Below are positions 1 through 7,446 of a stretch of 64,000 nucleotides of DNA, piece after piece. The notes below the pieces were generated by a model. That model was not told where the DNA came from and ran no database searches. It saw only the letters and a program-made list of their open reading frames with translations. A program made the translations under genes and the position numbers. Position 1 is the stretch's first letter, and each line of letters starts with the position of its first letter. The DNA is from Alphaproteobacteria bacterium (GTDB lineage Bacteria > Pseudomonadota > Alphaproteobacteria > Rickettsiales > UBA1997), in NCBI GenBank assembly GCA_014190355.1, contig BJGH01000003.1:159315-223314 (forward strand). Reading direction: 5' to 3'.

Positions 1-32
1 CAAGATTAAACAATACTACTGCGGTTTTTTTA

Positions 33-836
33 TTAAATTTTTTCATGAATAATTTTTATAATAGATTGATAAAATAAACTAATTAAAAACACTGAAATTA
101 ATAACAAAATAATTACTGCACTGATTGTTAGATTATAAGTTTCGGCGATTTTAAAAGCAGTTGAAGAACAAATTAAAGCAATTGTTAAACTTAAAAACAA
201 CATTTGCGATGGTGATTTACTGAATAATCTGGCATTTGTTGCAGGTAAGATCAATAAAGCGGTGATCAAAAAAACTCCTACCACCTGAACTGCCATGGCT
301 ATTGTAAAAATTAATAAAGTTGTGAACAAAATATTGATTAAGTTAATTTTTACTTTTTCAATTTTAGCAAGATCATAATCAATATTAACCAGCAATATTT
401 TTTGATAAAAAGCAAAACTAAAAACCACGATAATTAATGCTAAAATACTTAAAATTGCTACATCAAATTTTGAAACCGTCATTAAATCACCAATAATGTA
501 ACTTGTGAAACTAAAATTAGGTAAGAAAATATCAGCAAAAACAAAGGCAAGCGCTATTGAAAAATATGATAAAATCATGATCATAGCATCACGCGAGAAA
601 ATTTTACAATGCATAATTAATGAACTCAGTAAAGCAAAAATAATGCCAAAACCAAAAAAACTTAAACTTTGATTAATTTCAAATAAAGCCGAAAGAACAA
701 CACCCAGAAGCATCGAATGAGAAACTGCATCGCCAAAATATGCGATTTTTTTCCACAACACAAAAACTCCCAATAATCCACAAATTATCGCAATTAGAAG
801 CACAGTTAATAAAGGTTTAAGAAAAATTATGGTCAT
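33..836 (-). CDS. znuB: Zinc/manganese ABC transporter permease (ABC-3 family, ZnuB-like)
   Basis: 267-aa polytopic membrane ORF. It is collinear by eye with E. coli ZnuB, including YFGDAVSHSMLLGV (cf. YFGDTLAHASLLGV) and LILPATNARLF (cf. LIIPAATARRF). Confidence 0.85.
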   Translation of the reverse strand: MTIIFLKPLLTVLLIAIICGLLGVFVLWKKIAYFGDAVSHSMLLGVVLSALFEINQSLSFFGFGIIFALLSSLIMHCKIFSRDAMIMILSYFSIALAFVFADIFLPNFSFTSYIIGDLMTVSKFDVAILSILALIIVVFSFAFYQKILLVNIDYDLAKIEKVKINLINILFTTLLIFTIAMAVQVVGVFLITALLILPATNARLFSKSPSQMLFLSLTIALICSSTAFKIAETYNLTISAVIILLLISVFLISLFYQSIIKIIHEKI

Positions 837-1093
837 AGTTGCGTTATTTTTTTTTATTTTTAATCTTAATAAAACAATGTTCGAAAGACATTTTAAACAA
901 ATTTTCAGCTTAAAAGTTTAATTTTAATGAACCATATTCAAGCTCAACATTTTTTCAAAACTAGATACAGCCCTTTAGATTTTAAAATTAAATTTATTTA
1001 GTTTGATTTTGATTATATAAGTAAAATTTTTAAGGAATTTTTTCAGAATTTATCAATTTTAAATATTAATAAGGTTAACTAAATTCATTAATT

Positions 1094-1504
1094 ATGTCCA
1101 GCAAAAATTCAAATGTTCTAGCTTCATTCATGAAGAAGCAAATCTCAGAAAAATCATCTAAAACTAACTTTATCAGTCAATCAATTTTTGGCGATAATAA
1201 TAACAACCAAAATAATAAAGAAGAAACCAAAGAGGATAGCAAGGAAGATAAGGTTAGCGAAGAAGAAGAAAAGGAAAAAAAAGAAGTTGAGCAAGCTAAA
1301 TTAGCATCAAAAACCAAAGCTGCCCAAATGGATCAAACAGAAATGTTAAAAAAAATAGTAATCCAAAATGCCATAAAATTTATTTTAATTATTGGAGCGA
1401 TGTTTGGATTAGCTTATGCAATTATAGAAGTTGGTCCAAAAATGATTGTCTCTTTAAATGGCGTATTTCTCAAAGCTTTTTTTGGGTTTGGTTCGGTTAG
1501 GTAA
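1094..1504 (+). CDS. Hypothetical protein with an acidic/Lys-rich N-terminus and a C-terminal bilobed hydrophobic domain
   Basis: ATG-initiated 136-aa ORF. The N-terminal ~90 aa are low-complexity E/K/N-rich. The C-terminus KFILIIGAMFGLAYAIIEVGPKMIVSLNGVFLKAFFGF forms two hydrophobic lobes. No family recognised. Confidence 0.5.
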   Translation: MSSKNSNVLASFMKKQISEKSSKTNFISQSIFGDNNNNQNNKEETKEDSKEDKVSEEEEKEKKEVEQAKLASKTKAAQMDQTEMLKKIVIQNAIKFILIIGAMFGLAYAIIEVGPKMIVSLNGVFLKAFFGFGSVR

Positions 1505-1605
1505 GAAAAGTTAATCCATTTACGCTTTTGGATGCGCAAAACTAAAAGATTCGGACCTAGCATTCGCAACGAAGTGGAATGAGAAAATTGGTCAGAAAAG
1601 AGTTC

Positions 1606-1625
1606 AAAGGGGTCAAACCCCTTTT
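1606..1625. terminator. Palindromic hairpin AAAGGGGTCAAACCCCTTTT between convergent genes (bidirectional terminator candidate; repeat-family variant)
   Basis: GGGG/CCCC stem flanked by an A-run and a T-run. It lies between the 3' ends of 1094..1504 (+) and 1696..2898 (-). Same core as the GGGGTCTGACCCC repeats elsewhere in the window. Confidence 0.5.
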
Positions 1626-1695
1626 CAATTGGGAGGTTCAATTGCAGGCTTTACATATCGGCTTCAAGTGGGGGGGTTGGTTGAAGGCTTTGTTA

Positions 1696-2898
1696 TTAAA
1701 TCCCCCAAGATCCTCTTCCACCAGAAGTAACTTCTCTTGATGTTGTTGTTGTTTTAGTTGTTTTTGATGTAAAAAGCTTCTTATTAGCATCACTAATTTT
1801 TGTATTTGCTTGAGTAAGATTTTGTAGTCTTTGATTATTAGCTTCTTGTTTTTTTTCTGGTGAAACATTTATAAATCCAGAATTATCCAAACTCTCTTTA
1901 CTAACTTTATTGCCCGCTCTTAAACCATCAATTTGATTAATTGCAGTTGTAAGAGCACTTTTTTCTGCAATGAGTTCATCATGTGCTTGAGGCGTTGACG
2001 ATTGATAATGCTCTTGATCTTTTCTAAGAAGAGCCAACATATTATCTTTAAAGTCATTAAAAGCCTTGTTCTCTTGTGAGCCATCTTCATTTACTTTAGT
2101 CAAAAATTCTTTTCCCATTCCTGCATCACCCTTTCCTGTTTGTTTTTCCCCCATATTAGCAAAAAAAGATTCTCTAAGGTGACTATCAAAACCTTTTTTA
2201 AAAGATTCCATTTCAGTTGTATCTGATTTAAGCATTTCTCTTAAATTCTCAGGAAGTGCTAATTTATCCATTAACTTAACTCTAAATTCATCAACTTCTT
2301 TACTAATAGCTTCTTTGGGTTTCACGCCATCTAATACTCCACTAGATTGAACTTGTTCAAAAACATTTTGAAGATTTGTTTGCGAATTTGGGGTATGACC
2401 CTTTTTGACCATTTGACTATCTGGGGTATGACCCTCATTGACCATTTGACTAGGCATCGGTTGGATGCGATTGGAATTGCCAGTTGAGGGAGGGTCTCTA
2501 TCTTCTATCACTTTAGTTAACCCATACGCAAATATGCCCATTCCTGCTACTGCCATCACAGTTGAACCAACGACACCCATTCCTGCCATAGCTGGAAAAA
2601 TTATTGGCCCCAAAGCCAACATTAACATTAAAGCTCCAACTCCCATCATAATCATAGATTGCGTGGAAATGCCCCTTCTTAAGGGTTTTTTTGCTTGAGG
2701 CTCCTCTGCTTGAGGAGGATATGGTGAATTTTGGTTTGGGTAATGATTTTGAGCGCCACCTTGCTTTGTCTGTGATGGTGCAAGTTGACTCGCTACATCA
2801 ATTAATCTGTTTGCTGATTCAGGATTATTTTCAGCCCATCTAATGGCTTTATCGGCAACATTTGCAAGCTTATTAGGATCATCTCTATCATTACCCAC
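1696..2898 (-). CDS. Hypothetical membrane protein with a central bilobed hydrophobic domain (Inc-like effector candidate)
   Basis: 400-aa ORF. The GTG start is preceded by GGAGGA 8 nt upstream. It has no obvious signal peptide and a Q/P-rich N-terminus. A ~46-aa hydrophobic block MIMMGVGALMLMLALGPIIFPAMAGMGVVGSTVMAVAGMGIFAYGL follows. There is an internal 11-aa tandem repeat (QMVNEGHTPDS/QMVKKGHTPNS). Confidence 0.7.
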   Translation of the reverse strand: MGNDRDDPNKLANVADKAIRWAENNPESANRLIDVASQLAPSQTKQGGAQNHYPNQNSPYPPQAEEPQAKKPLRRGISTQSMIMMGVGALMLMLALGPIIFPAMAGMGVVGSTVMAVAGMGIFAYGLTKVIEDRDPPSTGNSNRIQPMPSQMVNEGHTPDSQMVKKGHTPNSQTNLQNVFEQVQSSGVLDGVKPKEAISKEVDEFRVKLMDKLALPENLREMLKSDTTEMESFKKGFDSHLRESFFANMGEKQTGKGDAGMGKEFLTKVNEDGSQENKAFNDFKDNMLALLRKDQEHYQSSTPQAHDELIAEKSALTTAINQIDGLRAGNKVSKESLDNSGFINVSPEKKQEANNQRLQNLTQANTKISDANKKLFTSKTTKTTTTSREVTSGGRGSWGI

Positions 2899-3111
2899 AA
2901 TATTTCCTCCAATTATTTTTTTAAAAAAATTTTTTTAAATTTTTGTTAAAAAATATTGAAGTCTCAAGGATAATCTTAATTTTAGGATCTTTAAAAATTT
3001 AAATTTATTCAAAATAAGACAATTGCTTAAAAATTTTTTAAAATTATTTCTTAGGAGAATTTGTTATTTTAAAATTTTTAATTATTGCTTTAATGGCAAA
3101 ATGCTTGAAAC

Positions 3112-4311
3112 TTATTTTCTTAGTCTCTTAAAACCGGCTTCTAAATCATCTTTTAAATCGCCAACATCTTCAAGGCCAATATTAATTCTCAAACAAGTTT
3201 TATTGCCATAAGGATATTTAGTAGCGGTTCGAATTGAACTAGCATCAAACGGTAAAATTAATGACTCATAACCTCCCCACGAATAACCCATCCCATAAAA
3301 ATGAAGCTTATCAACCATTCTAGCTAAAGCTTCATTAGAATATTTTTTATCAAGAATAATCGAAAATAATCCCGCTCCACCAGTAAAATCACGCTTCCAA
3401 AGAATATGATTACTATCGCTTGGCAAAGCTGGATACAATACTTTTTCAACTTCTGGACGAGTTTCTAACCAACTGGCCATTGCTAAGGCTGATTCAAAGC
3501 ACCGATCCATTCTTAACTTAACGGTGCGAAGCCCTCTTTGCACCATGTAGCAAGAGTGCGGGGAAGCGGTAACCGCCATATAGCGAAAGGCTTCATACAT
3601 TACACGAAAATGTTTTTCTTGGATGGTAATCGCTCCCATCATAATATCAGAATGACCATTGATATATTTCGTCAATGCCATAACCGAGACATCAACCCCA
3701 AACTCAAAAGGCTTAAAATAAATGCCACTAGCCCAGGAATTATCAAGGATGGTTGTAATACCGTGTTTTTTGGCAATTTTACAAATTGCAGGAACATCTT
3801 GAATTTCAAAGGTTTGCGATCCGGGACTTTCCATGAAAATAACTTTGGTGTTTTTCTTGATTAACTTGGCAATATCTGCTCCAATCAATGGATCATAATA
3901 AGTTGTTTCAATTCCTAATTTTTTTAAAAATTTATCAGCAAAACCACGAGTTGGCGAATAAACATTATCAACCAAAAGCATATGATCGCCCTGCTTTAAA
4001 AAAGCTATTAAGGCAGTGTTAATCGCAGCTGCCCCAGATGAAGTAACAAAAGTATTGTATCCGCCTTCAATTTCAGCAACCGCTTGCTCCAAAGCAAAAT
4101 TAGTTTGCGTGCCATATCTGCCATATTTTAACTCGTAAGGCTGAACCAGATCATTGTTGGAATATCCGCGTTCAGCGTAAATTAAATCTTTCAGAGATGG
4201 AAAAACAATAGTTGAGGTTTGATAGATTGGCGGATTAACCATCCAACCTTGCTCCTTAGGGTTTCTACCAGCATGAATTATGCGAGTATTTTCATGAATT
4301 TTTTTTTCCAT
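3112..4311 (-). CDS. metC: Cystathionine beta-lyase (PLP-dependent Cys/Met metabolism family)
   Basis: 399 aa. The N-terminal TRIIHAGR motif, the PLP-lysine motif ALTKYINGHSD and the overall length are typical of MetC. Confidence 0.85.
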   Translation of the reverse strand: MEKKIHENTRIIHAGRNPKEQGWMVNPPIYQTSTIVFPSLKDLIYAERGYSNNDLVQPYELKYGRYGTQTNFALEQAVAEIEGGYNTFVTSSGAAAINTALIAFLKQGDHMLLVDNVYSPTRGFADKFLKKLGIETTYYDPLIGADIAKLIKKNTKVIFMESPGSQTFEIQDVPAICKIAKKHGITTILDNSWASGIYFKPFEFGVDVSVMALTKYINGHSDIMMGAITIQEKHFRVMYEAFRYMAVTASPHSCYMVQRGLRTVKLRMDRCFESALAMASWLETRPEVEKVLYPALPSDSNHILWKRDFTGGAGLFSIILDKKYSNEALARMVDKLHFYGMGYSWGGYESLILPFDASSIRTATKYPYGNKTCLRINIGLEDVGDLKDDLEAGFKRLRK

Positions 4312-4399
4312 AAAATTTATTTTTAATTATTTTTATTTTTTATTTAACTATTAACTATTTTTAACTTTTTTAATTAGTTTTGTTTTTTATTAACTAATT

Positions 4400-4774
4400 T
4401 TATCGAAGTGTTTTATCGCTGGCTATCAAGGGTCCTAGTTTTTTTCCTGCCAAAAGATGAACATGAAAATGTTTTACTGTTTGATGAGCATCGTTGCCTT
4501 GATTAGAAATTAAGCGAAAACCATCAACTTCTAATTTCAATTCTTTAGCAATTAAAGCAACTCTTTTAAAAAAATCAACAACCTCTTGTTCGCTAGCCTT
4601 TAAAACAAAATCACTGTAATTTTCATATTGCCCTTTTGGAATAACTAAAATGTGAGTTGGTGAGGCTTTAGCAATATCGTGAAAAGCTAAGACAGATTGA
4701 TCTTCGTAAACTTTATTTGCTTTAATTTCTTGACGCAATATTTTTGCAAAAATATTTTGATTATCGTAAGCCAT
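4400..4774 (-). CDS. HIT-family (histidine triad) nucleotide hydrolase
   Basis: 124 aa. Histidine triad HFHVHLLAG near the C-terminus and conserved LAFHDI...P.HILVIPK. Confidence 0.85.
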   Translation of the reverse strand: MAYDNQNIFAKILRQEIKANKVYEDQSVLAFHDIAKASPTHILVIPKGQYENYSDFVLKASEQEVVDFFKRVALIAKELKLEVDGFRLISNQGNDAHQTVKHFHVHLLAGKKLGPLIASDKTLR

Positions 4775-5001
4775 AAATTAATAATTTTAAAGTTGATTTA
4801 AATTTTACCAAATAATTTTTAGATTATTTGTTTTAAATTTATTTGCTATCACCTTATTGAAAACAAGCTTAAACAATATTAAAGAATATTAAAATATTTC
4901 TAAATTTAATATTTTTTTTAATTTAATGAATTAATTTCACTCAAACTAAAATTAAAAATAAATTATACAATAAAATTTTAGTTATAAATAATCATATTGC
5001 C

Positions 5002-5899
5002 ATGAACAAAAAACTCTTAAGGCCTTTTCCTTGATTGAACTATCTGCAGTAATCTTAATTATTGGAATTTTAGTAGCAGGCGTTACCCAATCATCAAGAC
5101 TTGTTCGTCAAATTAGACTTGCCACAACTCGCTCTTTGACCACTAGTTCGCCAGTTACTTCAATTAAAAATTTAAGCTTATGGCATGAACCAGTCATGGA
5201 TTCGAGCTTTATTCCTGCGAAATCTCAAGACAATAGTTTGGTTAGTGCTTGGTATGACATTAATCCGCAAGTTACTACTCAACTAAGACTATCGGCAACT
5301 TAAGGCAATGCCTCATTTCATCCTCGCTATTTTAGCGATGAAATTAATAGTTTGCCAGCGCTTTACTTTGATGACAATAGCGATTGGATGACACTTGGAG
5401 TTAATCATGGTCTAGAATCAAATAACAAAATTACCATTTTTATTGTTAATAAATTTGCTACCAATACCACCGGTTTTGTATTGACAAAACGCGATAATTT
5501 TGTCGATGGCAAAGGCTGGAATGTGGTGGTATTGGGTAATTACTATGCTTTAGAAATTATGGGTTATCAATCAACCAATGTTGCAACATTTTCAACAACT
5601 TTAAATTTTAATACCACCTATTTAACTACTTTTTCATATTAATGGCAATATGTCTAGTAGTGGAATGAATCTATGGGTTCATTGGTAATAAATAAAATCC
5701 GCTCTCACGGAGTGGAACCTTGACCATGTCCCCTTCGCCAAATGGTGATGAAGATTTAAGAATTGGCGCAAGAGAAGGAAATGGCGTGGCTTGGTATCAC
5801 GGCTCAATTGGCGAAATAATTATTTTCACTGATTAATTAAGCGATAGCGATGTGTTAGAGGTCAACACTTATCTAAAGAAAAAATGGAATATTAAATAA
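5002..5899 (+). pseudogene. Decayed prepilin-type N-terminal methylation domain + LamG-like (concanavalin-type) protein
   Basis: The ATG at 5002 reads MNKKLLRPFP* and then stops. One extra A in the A6 run (5008-5013) would give MNKKTLKAFSLIELSAVILIIGILVAG, a classic prepilin leader/methylation motif. The reading frame is then broken by an in-frame TAA at 5301-5303, a TAA at 5640-5642, at least two frameshifts (5640-5760) and a TAA within GSIGEIIIFTD*LSDSDVLEVNTYLKKKWNIK. That C-terminal end is typical of LamG-like domains. Confidence 0.7.
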
Positions 5900-5930
5900 T
5901 CAACTACTTCGCATAACTGATTAAAGAATT

Positions 5931-6536
5931 TTACATTTTGTTAGCATCACTTGCTACTCTAACTTTTAGCATGCCATCAGGACCAACAACTTTACCATCT
6001 CGACCCTGACCTTTTTTGATTTTATCAACAAACTCCATACCCTTGATAACTCTTCCCCAGACACTATATTGACCGTCTAAGAATCGAGAATCTGCAGTAA
6101 CGATAAAAAATTGACTATTACCACTGTTAGGATCAGAAGCGCGAGCCATTGAAACCGCTCCACGAACATGAGGCTCATCAGAAAATTCTGCTTTCAAGTC
6201 AGGTAATTTACTGCCACCCATTCCCGTTCCTGTTGGATCGCCAGTTTGTGCCATAAAACCATCAATAACACGATGAAAAACTATGCCATCGTAAAATTTT
6301 TGACGAGCCAAAGTTTTAATTCTCTCGACATGTTTTGGAGCAATATTTGGCAACATTTCGATTACCACTTGGCCATAAGTTAAGTCGATATATAAAATAT
6401 TTTCTAGATTAGCAGAGTTAGTAGATTTATTTTTTGCACCAGCACCAGCTTTACTGGTATTTGCATTTTGGGCAATTGCTTTATTCATAAATAAAATTAA
6501 AAAAAGTGTTAAAGTAAAAAAAGAAAATTTTTTCAT
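5931..6536 (-). CDS. Peptidyl-prolyl cis-trans isomerase, cyclophilin type, with signal peptide
   Basis: Cyclophilin motifs FHRVIDGFMAQTGDPTGTGMGGS and NSGNSQFFI. I chose the start at MKKFSFFTLTLFLILFMNKAIAQ (signal-peptide-like) rather than the longer ORF start at 6599. Confidence 0.88.
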   Translation of the reverse strand: MKKFSFFTLTLFLILFMNKAIAQNANTSKAGAGAKNKSTNSANLENILYIDLTYGQVVIEMLPNIAPKHVERIKTLARQKFYDGIVFHRVIDGFMAQTGDPTGTGMGGSKLPDLKAEFSDEPHVRGAVSMARASDPNSGNSQFFIVTADSRFLDGQYSVWGRVIKGMEFVDKIKKGQGRDGKVVGPDGMLKVRVASDANKM

Positions 6537-6652
6537 AGCATTAAAAAAAATAAGTTTTAAATTATTGATAATTAAAAAAATCAAATAAAAATTTTGCAAG
6601 ATAATTTTTAAAGGTTAATTTAATCGTTATTTTTAATTTTAAAAGAGGTTAT

Positions 6653-7105
6653 ATGTCAATTAATAAAGTAATTTTAGTGGGAAATGTTGGACAAGATCCC
6701 GAAATACGCTCGACGCAGGATGGCAGAGAAATCGCCAATTTCTCAATTGCTACATCAGAAAGCTGGAAAGATAAAAACACTGGTGAAAAAAAAGATAAAA
6801 CTGAATGGCATAGAGTTGTAGTTTTTTCTCAAGGATTAGTTGGGGTAATTAAAAATTATGTTAAAAAAGGTACTAAACTTTATCTTGAAGGATCGCTACA
6901 AACTCGCAAATGGACTGATAATCAAGGTGTAGAAAAAACTACCACAGAAATTGTTTTACAAAATTATAATTCAACTCTGCAAATTCTTGATTCTAGAGAG
7001 CGTAATTCTTCGAGTCATGATAGCTATCAATCATCTAACTCAAAAAAATCTTCTAATCGCGATGATATTGCAGTTGAAGAAAATGATGATGAAGTTCCAT
7101 TTTAA
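6653..7105 (+). CDS. ssb: Single-stranded DNA-binding protein
   Basis: 150 aa. The OB-fold N-terminus is MSINKVILVGNVGQDPEIR...TEWHRVVVF. It has a low-complexity linker and an acidic tail DDEVPF. Confidence 0.95.
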   Translation: MSINKVILVGNVGQDPEIRSTQDGREIANFSIATSESWKDKNTGEKKDKTEWHRVVVFSQGLVGVIKNYVKKGTKLYLEGSLQTRKWTDNQGVEKTTTEIVLQNYNSTLQILDSRERNSSSHDSYQSSNSKKSSNRDDIAVEENDDEVPF

Positions 7106-7151
7106 ATTTTTTAATTAATTTTAACTTGTTAATCACTGCTTTGATTTGAAA

Positions 7152-7204
7152 TAATGCTCGTTAAATAGTGCTTATTTAAATAATGCTTGTTGAACTAATG
7201 CTTG
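7152..7204 (+). repeat. Four direct repeats of TA(A/G)TGCT(C/T) spaced 14-15 nt apart
   Basis: Read directly: taatgctcg (7152), tagtgctta (7166), taatgcttg (7181), taatgcttg (7196). They lie in the ssb-nuoG spacer. Confidence 0.4.
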
Positions 7205-7446
7205 AAAGTCAAGTCAGATAATGGTATTGATAACTTGTAAAAAAAAATTCCCTGAATTACTATAGCTAGTTATATATAAATCATTATAATTAATCTGCTA
7301 ATTTACCACCAAAATAGTAAAATTTGGTAAATCTATTGCAGCAAATAATAGCTAAAAAATAATAAAATTTTAATGGGTTTTTGATTAATTGCAATAATTT
7401 TAAACAATAGTTAAAAACAATAGTAAAAAAACTAATTACTAAAACA

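Noticed and set aside
1500..1695. GC-richer islands (also 9590-9740 and 10140-10320) as known structured RNAs (SRP/4.5S RNA, RNase P RNA, tmRNA, 6S)
   Set aside because: I looked for hallmark strings (the SRP GGAAGCAGCCAAGG-like helix 8, the RNase P GAGGAAAGTCC motif, a tmRNA tRNA-like 3' end or tag ORF) and found none. The islands share sequence with each other, which fits a repeat family better than unique RNA genes.
1414..1868. ORFs 1414..1641 (-) and 1638..1868 (-) spanning the repeat island and the 3' end of 1696..2898
   Set aside because: They run through the GC-richer repeat and hairpin region and overlap better-supported genes. They show no coding features.
3023..3211. 62-aa plus-strand ORF at the metC 3' end
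   Set aside because: It has a TTG start and lies in AT-rich spacer running antisense into metC. It has no motif and looks like a chance ORF.
5031..5642. Treating 5031..5303 and 5352..5642 as two independent small genes
   Set aside because: They are in the same frame, separated by a single TAA. The first begins with a TTG inside a prepilin leader whose true ATG is frameshifted upstream, and the homologous text continues past 5642 in other frames. They are best explained as fragments of one pseudogene.
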